Part shown: piece by piece, positions 34,119 through 44,606 of the stretch
Position numbering within the stretch: position 1 is the stretch's first letter
Layout of the letters: every line of letters starts with the position of its first letter
Assembly: GCA_963822115.1 (NCBI GenBank)
Contig: CAWGGM010000009.1
Span: 104,451 to 168,450, forward strand
Direction of reading: 5' to 3'
DNA length: 64,000 bases
Source of the DNA: an uncultured Pseudomonadota bacterium
GTDB lineage: Bacteria; Myxococcota_A; Polyangia; Polyangiales; Polyangiaceae
Notes under the pieces: model-generated
What the model was told of the DNA's origin: nothing
Databases searched by the model: none
Seen by the model: the letters and a program-made list of their open reading frames with translations, nothing else
Made by a program: the position numbers and the translations under genes

Positions 34119-36806
34119 CTAGCCGAGCAACTGGCGGAGCACGTACTGCAGGATGCCGCCGTGGCGGTAGTAGTCGAGCTCGACGGCGGTATCGATGCGG
34201 GTCACCACCTCGAACTGCTTCTTCGAACCGTCCGCGGCGATCGCCGTGACCGAGAGTAGCTTGCCGGGCTTCATGCCCTCGGCGATGCCGCTGACGGCGT
34301 AGGTTTCCTCGCCCGTGAGGCCGAGACTCTGGCGGCTCTCGCCCTCCTTGAACTGGAGCGGCAGGACGCCCATGCCGATCAGGTTCGAGCGGTGGATGCG
34401 CTCGTAGCTCTCGGCGATGACCGCCTTCACGCCCAGCATGAAGGTGCCCTTGGCGGCCCAGTCGCGGCTCGAACCGGAGCCGTACTCCTTGCCGGCGATG
34501 ACCAGCAGCGGCACGCCCTCGGCCTGGTACTTCATCGCTGCGTCGTAGATTGTCGTGCCCTCGCCGTCGGGCAGGTGGCGCGTGAAGCCGCCTTCGGTGC
34601 CCGGGGCCAGCTCGTTCCTGAGCCTGACGTTGGCAAACGTGCCGCGCATCATCACCTCGTGGTTGCCGCGACGCGAGCCATAGGAGTTGAAGTCCTTGGG
34701 CTGCACGCCGTGCTCCACCAGGTACTTCGCCGCGGGCGAGTCCTTGGCGATGTTGCCGGCCGGCGAGATGTGGTCGGTCGTGACCGAGTCGCCGAGCTTC
34801 GCCAGCAGGCGCGCGCCGGAGATGTCGGCAAGCGCCGCGGGCTGCTTCGGCATGTTCTCGAAGAAGCTCGGCAACCGCACGTAGGTGCTGTCCGGATCCC
34901 AGCCGTAGCGGCTGCCCTCGGGCACCGGCAGGCTCCGCCACGCCTCGTCGCCCTCGAACACCGCGCCGTACTCCTTCTTGAACATCTCCGAGTCGAGGCT
35001 CGACGCCACCGTCTTCGCGACCTCGGCGCCCGTCGGCCAGATGTCCTTCAGGAACACGTCCTTGCCGTCCTTGTCCTGGCCGAGCGGCTCCTTGTCCAGG
35101 TCGATGTCCATGCGACCAGCCAGCGCGTAGGCGACGACCAGCGGCGGGCTGGCCAGGTAGTTGGCGCGCACGTCGGGGTTGATGCGGCCCTCGAAGTTGC
35201 GGTTGCCGCTGAGCACGCTCACCACCACCAGGTCACCCTCGACGACGGCATCGTGCACGGGCTCCGGCAAGGGGCCGCTGTTGCCGATACAGGTCGTGCA
35301 GCCGTAGCCGACAACGTTGAACTTGAGCGCCTCGAGGTCCTTCAACAGGCCCGATCGCGTGAGGTACTGCGTGACCACCTTGGAACCAGGCGCCAGGCTC
35401 GTCTTGACCCAGGGCTTGACCGTGAGGCCGCGCGCCACGGCGTTCCTGGCAAGCAGACCGGCACCCAGCATCACGTAGGGGTTCGAGGTGTTCGTGCAGG
35501 ACGTGATAGCCGCGATCACGACAGCGCCGTGTCCGATCTCGAACGCAGCATCGTCGAGCTTGCCCTTCACGTGCCGCGCGGCGTCCGGGTTCTTCGTCCG
35601 CGGCAGGAGCTCGGCAAGCGTCTTTTCCCAGGCGCTCTTCGACTCGCTCAGCACGATCTTGTCCTGCGGGCGCTTGGGTCCGGAGATGGTCGGCACCACC
35701 GTGGCCAGATCCAGCTCCAGCGTGTCGGTGTAGACCGGGTCCGGCGTGTCGTCGGTACGGAACAGGCCCTGCGCCTTCGCGTACGCCTCGATGCGCGCCG
35801 CCTGCTCGTCGCTGCGACCGGTGAGCTTGACGTAGCGGATCGTCTCCTCGTCGATGGGGAAGATGCCGCAAGTCGAGCCGAACTCGGGGCTCATGTTGCC
35901 GATGGTGGCGCGGTTGGCCAGAGGCAAGCTCGACAGCCCGCTGCCGTAGAACTCGACGAATTTGCCGACCACACCCTTGTCGCGCAGCATGCGCGTGATG
36001 GTGAGGACCAGGTCGGTCGCGGTGGCGCCTGCGGGCAGCTTGCCGTGCAGCTTGAAGCCGATGACCTGCGGAATGAGCAGGTTGATCGGCTGACCCAGCA
36101 TTGCTGCCTCGGCCTCGATACCGCCAACGCCCCAACCGAGCACACCGATGCCGTTGATCATCGTGGTGTGGCTGTCGGTGCCGACGAGCGTGTCGGGATA
36201 GGCCAGACCGTCGCTGTCGAACACGACGCGCGCCAGATACTCGAGATTCACCTGGTGCACGATGCCGGTGTCGGGCGGAACCACGTTGAAGTTGTGGAAC
36301 GCCTTCTGTCCCCAGCGCAGAAGCTGGTATCGTTCCTTGTTTCGCTCGAACTCGCGGTCCGCGTTGATCTTCATCGACCCGGGCGTGCCGTACGAGTCGA
36401 CCTGCACCGAGTGGTCGATCACCAGCTCGGACGGGAAGAGCGGGTTGATCTTCGTCGGGTCGCCCCCCATCTCCGCCATCGCGTCGCGCATCGCCGCGAG
36501 ATCCACGACCGCCGGCACGCCCGTGAAATCCTGCAGGATGACGCGGGCGGGGTGGAAGGCGATTTCCTTGTTGGGGCGGGCCTGCGGGTCCCAGCCGAGC
36601 AGCGCCTCGATGTCCTTCTTGTCGACGGACTTGCCGTCCTCGTTGCGCAGCAGGTTCTCCAGCAGGATGCGCAGCGAGTAGGGCAGGCGCGCGACGTCCT
36701 TTCCGGAGGCCTGGGCGAGCTTCGGCAGGCTGAAGTAGGCGAGCTTCTTGCCGCCCACGTCCAGGTCGGAGCGCGTCTTGAAGGAGTCGAGGGAACGGTC
36801 GGCCAT
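34119..36806 (-). CDS. acnA: Aconitate hydratase A
   Basis: The ATG at 36806 gives [30 protein letters not shown] ... [14 protein letters not shown]. Also [54 protein letters not shown] and [13 protein letters not shown]. 895 aa, full-length AcnA/IRP type. Confidence 0.95.
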   Translation of the reverse strand: MADRSLDSFKTRSDLDVGGKKLAYFSLPKLAQASGKDVARLPYSLRILLENLLRNEDGKSVDKKDIEALLGWDPQARPNKEIAFHPARVILQDFTGVPAVVDLAAMRDAMAEMGGDPTKINPLFPSELVIDHSVQVDSYGTPGSMKINADREFERNKERYQLLRWGQKAFHNFNVVPPDTGIVHQVNLEYLARVVFDSDGLAYPDTLVGTDSHTTMINGIGVLGWGVGGIEAEAAMLGQPINLLIPQVIGFKLHGKLPAGATATDLVLTITRMLRDKGVVGKFVEFYGSGLSSLPLANRATIGNMSPEFGSTCGIFPIDEETIRYVKLTGRSDEQAARIEAYAKAQGLFRTDDTPDPVYTDTLELDLATVVPTISGPKRPQDKIVLSESKSAWEKTLAELLPRTKNPDAARHVKGKLDDAAFEIGHGAVVIAAITSCTNTSNPYVMLGAGLLARNAVARGLTVKPWVKTSLAPGSKVVTQYLTRSGLLKDLEALKFNVVGYGCTTCIGNSGPLPEPVHDAVVEGDLVVVSVLSGNRNFEGRINPDVRANYLASPPLVVAYALAGRMDIDLDKEPLGQDKDGKDVFLKDIWPTGAEVAKTVASSLDSEMFKKEYGAVFEGDEAWRSLPVPEGSRYGWDPDSTYVRLPSFFENMPKQPAALADISGARLLAKLGDSVTTDHISPAGNIAKDSPAAKYLVEHGVQPKDFNSYGSRRGNHEVMMRGTFANVRLRNELAPGTEGGFTRHLPDGEGTTIYDAAMKYQAEGVPLLVIAGKEYGSGSSRDWAAKGTFMLGVKAVIAESYERIHRSNLIGMGVLPLQFKEGESRQSLGLTGEETYAVSGIAEGMKPGKLLSVTAIAADGSKKQFEVVTRIDTAVELDYYRHGGILQYVLRQLLG

Positions 36807-36951
36807 CTGGACCTCGTGTGCTGACAAGGGTGGTACGTCGCGGCTCGGGCAGCGCGCCGCGTACGACGAGACGAGGCAACGCGCGAGCCAGCGGGAAGTA
36901 CCGCATCGGCGCGTGTCGCGCAACGGTCCACGCGGCGCCGACTGCGTGGCG

Positions 36952-38127
36952 TCAGGTGCTGCTGCCGCTCGCCGCGTCCGCAGCGGCGATACCGGACCGG
37001 ACGGCTTCGAGAACGGTGCGGGGCCGGCCGGCCGCGGCGTCACCGGCGACGAACAGGCCGCGCTGTCCCCTCACCTGCTCTGCGGTCGAGAGCACGCCGA
37101 CGCGCTCGAGCACATCCAGCCCGCGCGCTTCGAAGTCGACACCGTGGAGCGACGAGACGCCGTCCAGCTCCTCGCCGTCGAGCTCGAAGCGCACCGGCGC
37201 GCGCAGCGACAGGTGAAACGACGCGCCACCTTTGTGTCCCGTCTGCGCGTCGTCCAGGACGATGCCCCCCGCAGCCACGCCGCCGACACAGAGCACGACC
37301 GCGTCGACATCGAGCGTCTCGTCCGCAGTCGCGCCGCTGCGCGCCGGGCCGAGCTCGATGCGAAAGCCATTTCCGGTCGCCTCGAGCGCCAGCGCGCGGG
37401 CCTCGATCACGGCCACGCCGCTCTGCTCGAGAACGGCGTTGCGGCGGCGTTCGAAGCGCGATCCGGCGGCTCCCCCCGGCGGCGACGTGGTCTCGCCCAG
37501 CGGACGCCCCAGCGCTTCGCGGATGGTCTCGGCAGAGCCAGGCTCCACACCGAGCCAAGGACCGAACAACCAGGCGTCCGCGTCGCTCCGCGCGCGGCCG
37601 ATGCGCTCGACGAGCCACGCGCGGCGATCGGGGTTGTCGTGCAGCTGCGCGAAATCCCAGGCCGGGATGAACCGCTCGTACGTGTGGCGCAGTGCCGCGA
37701 CTTCCACCACCGAGAAGCGGGTATTCGTGCTGCGCGCCCAGCTGGAGTCCGACAGCGCGCGCGCCAACATCGGAGCGTCCCAGGCGTCGCGCCCCACGTC
37801 CGCGACCGCAATATGCCGGCCCGCCAGCGGCGCCAGATCGAGCAACGCGGGATCGATCCCGCGCGCCGGGCGCAACACGCCCGCCGCGGTCGCGACGCGA
37901 CACTCCGGATCGCCCAGCTGCCACAGCCTCCCGGCCAGCTCGACGCTCGCGGCGTCCAGAGCCGGAGGCGGGCGCGGGTCGTCCCACTCGAGCAGATCCA
38001 CCGCGCCGGAGTAGAGCGATGACGCACCCGCCGTGTCGTGGACCAGGGTGACGGCCGCGCCGCGCTCTGTGGCGCGCCACGCGCTGGCAACGCCCGCCGC
38101 TCCGGCTCCGACGACGGCGAGCTTCAC
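36952..38127 (-). CDS. glpB: GlpB-like FAD-dependent oxidoreductase (anaerobic glycerol-3-phosphate dehydrogenase subunit B-like)
   Basis: The GTG at 38127 overlaps the glpA stop (GTGA). N-terminal Rossmann [16 protein letters not shown] and C-terminal [11 protein letters not shown]. Both position and size (391 aa) fit GlpB. The rest of the 794-aa track ORF is out-of-frame overlap with glpA. Confidence 0.7.
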   Translation of the reverse strand: MKLAVVGAGAAGVASAWRATERGAAVTLVHDTAGASSLYSGAVDLLEWDDPRPPPALDAASVELAGRLWQLGDPECRVATAAGVLRPARGIDPALLDLAPLAGRHIAVADVGRDAWDAPMLARALSDSSWARSTNTRFSVVEVAALRHTYERFIPAWDFAQLHDNPDRRAWLVERIGRARSDADAWLFGPWLGVEPGSAETIREALGRPLGETTSPPGGAAGSRFERRRNAVLEQSGVAVIEARALALEATGNGFRIELGPARSGATADETLDVDAVVLCVGGVAAGGIVLDDAQTGHKGGASFHLSLRAPVRFELDGEELDGVSSLHGVDFEARGLDVLERVGVLSTAEQVRGQRGLFVAGDAAAGRPRTVLEAVRSGIAAADAASGSST

Positions 38128-39809
38128 GAAGCGGCCTCGTCGTCGCGCCGCGCCTTGCCGAGCTCGGCCCGGAGAGCGGCCATGGCCAGCGCTTCCTGCT
38201 GCGCCTGCTGCGGGCCGATGCCGCACACGCGGCGCCGCGCCGCGCTCTCCAGGAACCCGAGCGCCATCTGGTGCCCGTCGCCCGGCGATCGGCCGGTCAT
38301 CTGTGCGACGATCTGCCCGCAGCGCCCCGCGCAGCGCATGCCGCCGCAGGCGCCCAGACCCAGTCGCGTCCGGCGCGACACGTCGTCGACGTTCTGCGCC
38401 AGCTCGTTCTCCACGACGTAGCGCACCTCCGCTTCGGTGACGGGCTCGCACTCGCACACTACAGCGGCCTCGCGCGGCTCGCGGAAGATGCGCTCCAGCA
38501 CCCGCAGGCTGCGGCTGCCGTGGCGGTACTCCAGGCGCTTCGCCGTGACGGCGCCGAGGTGCGCGCGTTCGACCAGCTGCATGGGATCGACCTGCTCGTC
38601 GCCACCGGGAAGCGGCAGGCTGTGCGTGCGGCACTCGGTCCTGTTGCCCAGCCGCTGCGCGATGGTGTCGGTCATCTGCTCGGAGAAGATGCGGTAGCTG
38701 GCGAGCTTGCCGCCGACCATCGAGTACAGACCATCCGCGCCGTCCGCCGCGTGATCGAGGATCTCGTGCTCGCGGGACAGCTGGTCCTCGTTGGGGCCCC
38801 ATGCGTAGAGCGTGGGTCGCACTCCGCCCCAGGTGCCGATGATGCGCGCCTGCCGCACGGACGGGAACACCCGCTCGACAGCCTGCACCAGGTAGCGCAC
38901 CTCGTCGCCGGTCGCGATCACATCGTCGAGATCGCCATAGTAGTCGTCGTCGGTGGTGCCGATGACGCTCATGTTCTGCCACGGCTGCAGGAACACCTGG
39001 CGGCCGTCGATGGCGCGCGCGACGACCGCGTAGTTCGTCAGCCTGCGATCCATGAACACATGGATGCCCTTGCCGGGGCGCACGCGCGCAGCTTTCGCGG
39101 GCAGGCCACCCAGCGTCGCCGTGATGGGTGCCCACGCGCCGGTAGCGTTGACCACGACACGGGCCGTGCGCGTACCCGTCCCGCCCGTCGTCCGGTCGCG
39201 GTAGCGCACGCCGCGGACCGAGCCGTCCTCGCGACGCAGAAGCTCCGTCACGGTGGTGTGGACGCGCACCTCCGCGCCACGCTCGATGGCGTCCACCGCG
39301 CTGCCGATGCACAGCCGAGCGCCGTCGATCCCCCATTCATCGAAGCTCACTCCGCCGACGAGATCGCCCACCAGCCCGGGCTCGAGCTGGCGCATGTCGT
39401 CGGCTTCGAGCCGCACGTGGGGCTTGCCGTGCTTGAGCGGCTGGTACTTGTCGTACAGGTCGAAGAACGCGTCGAACAGCGTCGCCGCGACGCGCGAGCC
39501 GATCCGCGAGCGGTGGATCGGCATCAAGAACGGGATGCGGAACAACAGGTGCGGCGCGATGTGCTGGATGTGCCCCGAGTCGAGGCACGAGGTGTACGTC
39601 ACGTCCGGGTCGTAGGTGAGATAGCGCGGCCCGCCGTGGATCATGCCGCTGGAGTTGCCGCTGGCACCGAAAGCGATGTCGTTGCGTTCGAACAGCGCGA
39701 CGCTCATGCCGCGGAGCGCACAGTCGCGTGCGACTCCCGTACCGTTGACCCCACCCCCGATGACGATGACGTCCACGTCGGGTCGGTCAGCGACGAGCTC
39801 GGCAGCCAT
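38124..39809 (-). CDS. glpA: Anaerobic glycerol-3-phosphate dehydrogenase subunit A
   Basis: DVIVIGGGVNGTGVARDCALRG dinucleotide fold, SSGMIHGGPRY, GGKLASYR, and a C-terminal BFD-like [2Fe-2S] block CECEPVTEAEV ... GACGGMRCAGRC. Confidence 0.9.
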   Translation of the reverse strand: MAAELVADRPDVDVIVIGGGVNGTGVARDCALRGMSVALFERNDIAFGASGNSSGMIHGGPRYLTYDPDVTYTSCLDSGHIQHIAPHLLFRIPFLMPIHRSRIGSRVAATLFDAFFDLYDKYQPLKHGKPHVRLEADDMRQLEPGLVGDLVGGVSFDEWGIDGARLCIGSAVDAIERGAEVRVHTTVTELLRREDGSVRGVRYRDRTTGGTGTRTARVVVNATGAWAPITATLGGLPAKAARVRPGKGIHVFMDRRLTNYAVVARAIDGRQVFLQPWQNMSVIGTTDDDYYGDLDDVIATGDEVRYLVQAVERVFPSVRQARIIGTWGGVRPTLYAWGPNEDQLSREHEILDHAADGADGLYSMVGGKLASYRIFSEQMTDTIAQRLGNRTECRTHSLPLPGGDEQVDPMQLVERAHLGAVTAKRLEYRHGSRSLRVLERIFREPREAAVVCECEPVTEAEVRYVVENELAQNVDDVSRRTRLGLGACGGMRCAGRCGQIVAQMTGRSPGDGHQMALGFLESAARRRVCGIGPQQAQQEALAMAALRAELGKARRDDEAAS

Positions 39810-39866
39810 CGGCGGGGATGTAGCGCCGCTTGGGGGGCCTCGTAAAGGTCACGCGGCACGACCGCC

Positions 39867-39919
39867 GGCGATCCGCGCGATCGCCGACGGAAACGCCGCC
39901 CGTCAGGCGCGATCGCGCC
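39867..39919. promoter_or_regulatory. Two CGATCG-core palindromes (GGCGATC-cgcgc-GATCGCC and GGCGCGATCGCGCC) in the glpA divergent promoter region
   Basis: Read directly at 39867-39885 and 39906-39919. Further GCGATCGC and CCGATCGG sites lie at 40074-40081 and 40101-40108. Their function as operators is only inferred. Confidence 0.3.
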
Positions 39920-40141
39920 GCCGGCGCCCTTGCGCCTGATCCCCGGTACGGTCAGCCACCAGCAGCGCGCGCACACACCCATCCCGAAGACGAGTCACGA
40001 GCCAACCTCCTCGGGCCATGCTCCCACTGCCGTATCCAGCTTGCCCGCCACGACGGCCGAACAGCCCGCCGGGACGCACCGCGCGATCGCACCTGCCGGT
40101 GATTTGGCCCGATCGGCGCAGGGAATCCACAATCCGGGCCG

Positions 40142-40669
40142 ATGACATTGCTCAGGGCGCCGCTGCTGCTCGCCGCGATCTGCGCGGCGGCGCTGCTATG
40201 CGGGGCGGCCGGGCCCGCAGCGGCGAGGCCTGCGCCCGCCCGAAACAGCCACCAGGAACGCCCCCAGGGCCACCCGAAGGTCAAGCTCGATCGGCTCGAG
40301 TTCCCGGACGACGTTCCCAACGCGCGCTACTTCGAGAAGCACCTGCGGCGCGCGCTGCGCCACGACGCCTACCACGCCGACTGGGGCGCGGGCCGCGGCA
40401 CCCTGATCGAATACCGCTTCTACGTCCGCGAGCTCAGCACCGACGTGACCGACGGCGTGCTGCACGTGCGCTGCACCGCCTGGGGTGAGCTGCCGCACGG
40501 AAAGACCGCCAAGAGCCACCTCGAGTTCGGCGGCTCGCCAGCGCACCGGAACAGGATGATCCAACGCATGCTCGAGATCGTCTCGCGCGGCGTCATCACG
40601 CGCCTGGCCGAGATGGAGCGCGTCCGCCGCGGAGAGCTGCGCCGCCGCCGGATCCGCGCGCCGCACTGA
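40142..40669 (+). CDS. Secreted hypothetical protein
   Basis: Signal peptide MTLLRAPLLLAAICAAALLCGAAGPAAA. Coding-like composition. No family recognised. Confidence 0.55.
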   Translation: MTLLRAPLLLAAICAAALLCGAAGPAAARPAPARNSHQERPQGHPKVKLDRLEFPDDVPNARYFEKHLRRALRHDAYHADWGAGRGTLIEYRFYVRELSTDVTDGVLHVRCTAWGELPHGKTAKSHLEFGGSPAHRNRMIQRMLEIVSRGVITRLAEMERVRRGELRRRRIRAPH

Positions 40670-40695
40670 GCGCCCGTTCGGGCGGCAGGGGCGCC

Positions 40696-41739
40696 ATGGC
40701 AGGCGGACTTGTCGAGAAAAGCGGCCATTTCTGGAAGTGGACCGCCGCCGCCGGCTCTGCCACGATCGGGGACATGGACTTCCCTGACCTGCCCGTCCAG
40801 CGAGAGCTCGTCGAGCGCATCGCGCGCCTGCTCGAGGGGCGCCGCGACGAATTCGGCCAGCGGCCCATGGTGCTGCCGACTGCGGAGTTCTTTCCGGACG
40901 CGTTCACCGCCGATCAGCCCTCGATCGAGAAGCTCGTGCGCCGCATGCAGGCGCACGCTGGCATGAGCGACATCCCCATCGACGTGCAGCTCGTCGCGCC
41001 GGAAGGCGAAGAAGAGGACGCGGAGGGCTCGTGCGGCAGCGGTGCGTGCTGCTCGGCGCCCCCGCCCACGGCCGAGGGGCTCACCCGCCTGATCGACAAT
41101 GGCGACAGCTGGACGCTGAACGTGCCTGCGCTGGAAGTGGGCCATTCCGTCGTGCTCACGGCGAACATCGCCCGCGCGCTGGGCTTCGTTTTCCTGAAGG
41201 AAACCGAAAGCGATGAAGCGCCCATCGAGGAGCCGGCCGAGGCGAGTGCCGATCTGTGCGCGGTACAACTGGGCTTCGGCGAGCTTCTACTCGAGGGCAG
41301 CTACATCTACACCAAGAGCTGCGGCGGCCCGTCGATTGCGACCGTCACCGCGCTCTCCACGGCCGAGCTGGCCATCGCGTTCTCGCTGTTCTGCGCTGTC
41401 GGCGGCCATCCCATCAAGCGCGCGCTCTCCGAGCTCGGCGCGACGCAGAAGGCCGCGCTCGGCGAGGCCCGCGATCTGTTCCGCTCGAACACCGGGTTGG
41501 TGGAGAAACTGAAGCGCACGCCCGAGCTGGTCGCGCTCGGCCACTACGAGCTGGGCGAGCCGCGCCCCTGGCTGATGCGCGCGTTCGGCTCGAAGAAGAA
41601 GAAGGCCGACGGCGGTCTGGACGACATCGAAGCCGCGCTCGCCGCGGCTCCCCCGCGGCCTGCGCAGCCCCGCGCCGCCAATCCAGCCGACGACGAGCTG
41701 AAGGATCTGGTCGCGGAAGCGCTCGCAGCACGGGACTAG
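40696..41739 (+). CDS. Conserved-looking hypothetical protein (acidic, with a CGSGACC motif)
   Basis: Long ORF with good G/C-ending codon bias. An alternative start lies at 40774 (MDFPDLPV). No family recognised. Confidence 0.6.
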   Translation: MAGGLVEKSGHFWKWTAAAGSATIGDMDFPDLPVQRELVERIARLLEGRRDEFGQRPMVLPTAEFFPDAFTADQPSIEKLVRRMQAHAGMSDIPIDVQLVAPEGEEEDAEGSCGSGACCSAPPPTAEGLTRLIDNGDSWTLNVPALEVGHSVVLTANIARALGFVFLKETESDEAPIEEPAEASADLCAVQLGFGELLLEGSYIYTKSCGGPSIATVTALSTAELAIAFSLFCAVGGHPIKRALSELGATQKAALGEARDLFRSNTGLVEKLKRTPELVALGHYELGEPRPWLMRAFGSKKKKADGGLDDIEAALAAAPPRPAQPRAANPADDELKDLVAEALAARD

Positions 41740-41877
41740 ACCCGCCGGCGCACGCGAAGGTCGCTCGCCGGCCTTCCACCTCAGCCGGCGTTCCTGCTAC
41801 CCTCCGTCCGGGTTGTTCGGATGATGTCGCTCGGGGTTCTTGTTTCGACGGGGCGCGCTCGGCGCGCTGGGTGAGCG

Positions 41878-43377
41878 ATGCCGGTCGCCCAGGGAGCCTG
41901 TCCGGGTTGCGGCGCGCCGATCGAGTTCGGCGTCGGCTCGTCGATGGCCAAGGTGTGCCCCTACTGCCGCAGCACCGTGCTGCGCACCGACCGCGGGTTG
42001 CAGGATCTGGGCAAGGTCGCCGAGCTGGCCAACACGCCGTCGCTGATCGCCGTCGGCGACCAGGGCACGCTGTCGAACCGCCCCTTCGAGGTGATGGGGC
42101 GCGTGCAGCTCGACTGGGGCGCTGGCCCCTGGGACGAATACTACGTCGCCTTCGACTACGGCCAGGCCTGGGGCTGGCTCGCCTTCGCGCAGGGCCACTG
42201 GTACGTCACCAACAAGGTCGAGGGGCTCGGCATCCCGCCGCTCAACGCGCTGGCCGTCGAGATGGACGTGCCGCTCGGCCAGGCCGGCAATTTCCGCGTC
42301 GCCGAGATCAAGAGCGCGCGCGTCGTCAGCGCCGAGGGCGAGCTGCCCGAGCCGTCGCCCCCCGGCACGATGCGCTACTACGCGGACTGCTACGGGCAGA
42401 ACAACGCGTTCGCGACGCTCGACTACGGCGACAACAGCGGCGCCTACGAGGTGTTCGTCGGCTGGGTCTTCGCCGAGCCCCAGATGCAGGTCACCCAGCT
42501 CGGTCCGCGCACCCAGCAGAAGGTCAAGCTCGACCAGATCCAGTGTCCCAGCTGCGGCGGCGACATCCCCAGCCTGAGCGGCGAGCGCGCCGAGCGCGTG
42601 GGCTGTCCGTACTGCGGCGCCGTCAGCGACATCGCCGCCCAGCAGGTCATCGCGCAGCAGCAGGCCGCGATGAAGATGCCGGACATCCCGATCGGCGCGC
42701 GCGGCACCTTCGAGGGGCTCGAGTACATCTGCATCGCCTACATGCGCCGCAGCACCGACTTCGAGGGCGAGACGTTCTCCTGGGAAGAGTACTGCCTGTG
42801 GAACCAGAGCGTCGGCTACCGCTGGCTGGTCAAGGACGAGACCAGCTGGATGTGGGTGGTGGACGCCAACCTGGCCGAGCTCGATCTGACCGGCATGCCG
42901 CAGCAGGTCGGCTGGGGCGGCCGCTACTTTACGCTCCGCAACCAGAACTCCGCGCGGCTGGACTACGTGCTGGGCGAGCTGTTCTGGAAGGCGCAGCTCG
43001 GCGAGACCTCGCAGGTGATGGACTTCATCAACGGCACCGACGTGCTGTCGCGCGAGGCCGTCGACAGCGGCGAGGTCAAGTGGACCTACTCCGCACAGGT
43101 GCCGTGGGCAGCGCTCGCGCAGGCGTTCGGTCTGCCCATCGACGGCCCCGGCGGGCGGTTCCAGGCCGCTTCCGGCGGCGGCATGATGGCAGCCGGCACC
43201 GGCATGGGCGGCGGACAGAGCGGCTGCAGCTCCACGCTCGTCCTGATCTTCATCGTCGGCATCATCCTGCTCATCTGCATGCTCGGCGCGTGCGGCTCCT
43301 GCGCCGGCGGCGGCGGCGGCTACTCCAGCGGCTCGAGCTACCGCGGCGGCTCCGGCGTCTACTACGGCGGCAAGTAG
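41878..43377 (+). CDS. DUF4178-like protein: two zinc-ribbon + beta-rich modules, C-terminal TM and Gly-rich tail
   Basis: CPGCGAPI...CPYCRS and CPSCGGDI...CPYCGA ribbons, each followed by a module of the type GTLSNRPFEVMGRVQL ... WDEYYV or GTFEGLEYICIAYMRR ... WEEYCLW. C-terminal TM LVLIFIVGIILLICMLGA. The DUF4178 assignment is from memory. Confidence 0.7.
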   Translation: MPVAQGACPGCGAPIEFGVGSSMAKVCPYCRSTVLRTDRGLQDLGKVAELANTPSLIAVGDQGTLSNRPFEVMGRVQLDWGAGPWDEYYVAFDYGQAWGWLAFAQGHWYVTNKVEGLGIPPLNALAVEMDVPLGQAGNFRVAEIKSARVVSAEGELPEPSPPGTMRYYADCYGQNNAFATLDYGDNSGAYEVFVGWVFAEPQMQVTQLGPRTQQKVKLDQIQCPSCGGDIPSLSGERAERVGCPYCGAVSDIAAQQVIAQQQAAMKMPDIPIGARGTFEGLEYICIAYMRRSTDFEGETFSWEEYCLWNQSVGYRWLVKDETSWMWVVDANLAELDLTGMPQQVGWGGRYFTLRNQNSARLDYVLGELFWKAQLGETSQVMDFINGTDVLSREAVDSGEVKWTYSAQVPWAALAQAFGLPIDGPGGRFQAASGGGMMAAGTGMGGGQSGCSSTLVLIFIVGIILLICMLGACGSCAGGGGGYSSGSSYRGGSGVYYGGK

Positions 43378-43398
43378 CGCGCTCGCATCTGGGCGAGC

Positions 43399-44514
43399 AT
43401 GGCCAGGGGCAACGACGATCCGCTCGGGGTGATCATGCAGGACCTCCGGGCCCGGCTGGAGGCGCGTGTCCGTGCTGGCGGCGAGGTCGCGACGCGTCTG
43501 CGTGCCCTCGCCGCCAGCTACCAGAAAGCCGTGAAGGCCGACGCCGAAGCCGAGCTCGAGCGGCGCCAGGGCGGGCACGCCCCTCCCCCCGATCCTTCAC
43601 CCGCCCGGCTCGCCGCCGAGCTGTTCGAGCTCGTCGCGGCGCTGCCGGAGCTTCACGACGACCCGGAGCGGGAGCCCGTCCGCGACGCGCCAGCTTCCGC
43701 TTCCGCCGCAACGCAGCCCGATCCCGTTTCTTTCCACGAGCTGATGTCGACGGCTGGACAGGAGCGGCCGGGACCGGCGCGTACGCCGCGGGCGACCCAG
43801 CCGCACCCCGGCGTCCTGCGGCTGATGGAGGATTTCCGCGGCCGCGATCTGGATGCGCTGTCCACGCCCATGTTCCGGGCCGTCGCCGAGGAGCTCGCCG
43901 CTCGGGCCCGTCTGCTGCAGAGCCAGGGCGCGGCCGATCCGGACCAGAGCACCGACTACGTCATCCGTGCCCTCACCGCGGCCTCCGACAAGCGCGGCAT
44001 CAGGAACATCTACGGGCTCAGACGCACCGACCAGGCGGACTGGGCGAAGCGCGCGAAGCTGGCACGCCGGCAACAAGAAAAGCCCGGAGTCGCGCTTCCG
44101 GAGCCGAAGCGCGTCGCTGCCGGGAAGAAGCAGGACGACGCGGACGACGACGACGACGAGCCGCGCCGGCCCTGGCAGGTGCCTCGGCTGGCGACTCGCG
44201 CTTCGGCGGGCGCCGTCGTGATCGTGGGCGGCGTCGTGAAGCCGGAAAAGCTCGACCGCCTGCGCGAACATCTCGGCTTCAACGTCGAGTGGCTCGGAAC
44301 GTCGGTGCACGGCTCGACCAGCGCGCTCGAACGACGCATCCGCGAGGGTCACGTCGCGGCGGTGGTCATGCTGGAAGGCCTGATCTCGCACAAGCACTCC
44401 GAGCAGGTCGTCGCCGCCACCAGGCAGGCCGGCGTGCCGCTCGCGTATGGCGGCACCGGAGGGCTCGGCAAGCTCGAGGAAGCGTTCGAACAAATCGAAG
44501 CTTCCCTGCGGTAG
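43399..44514 (+). CDS. Hypothetical protein with a DUF2325-like C-terminal domain
   Basis: The C-terminal VVIVGGVVKPEKLDRLREHLGFNVEWL ... VVMLEGLISHKHSEQVVAATRQAGVPLAY resembles the DUF2325 pattern (VGG ... SH ... K). The N-terminal two thirds are low-complexity/helical. Confidence 0.55.
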   Translation: MARGNDDPLGVIMQDLRARLEARVRAGGEVATRLRALAASYQKAVKADAEAELERRQGGHAPPPDPSPARLAAELFELVAALPELHDDPEREPVRDAPASASAATQPDPVSFHELMSTAGQERPGPARTPRATQPHPGVLRLMEDFRGRDLDALSTPMFRAVAEELAARARLLQSQGAADPDQSTDYVIRALTAASDKRGIRNIYGLRRTDQADWAKRAKLARRQQEKPGVALPEPKRVAAGKKQDDADDDDDEPRRPWQVPRLATRASAGAVVIVGGVVKPEKLDRLREHLGFNVEWLGTSVHGSTSALERRIREGHVAAVVMLEGLISHKHSEQVVAATRQAGVPLAYGGTGGLGKLEEAFEQIEASLR

Positions 44515-44606
44515 AGCAAGCCGCGCCGTCGACCGTGCCGCCTCGCGGTCGGCGGCATCGTCAGCTACAATGGAAAACGAGATGGGGCGGCGGAAGCGTG
44601 GGCGAG

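Noticed and set aside
36952-39336. 794-aa version of the GlpB-like ORF
   Set aside because: The N-terminal ~400 codons overlap glpA out of frame and translate to Arg/Gly/Ala-rich text. A GTG at 38127 overlapping the glpA stop (GTGA) is followed by a Rossmann motif and gives a sensible 391-aa protein.
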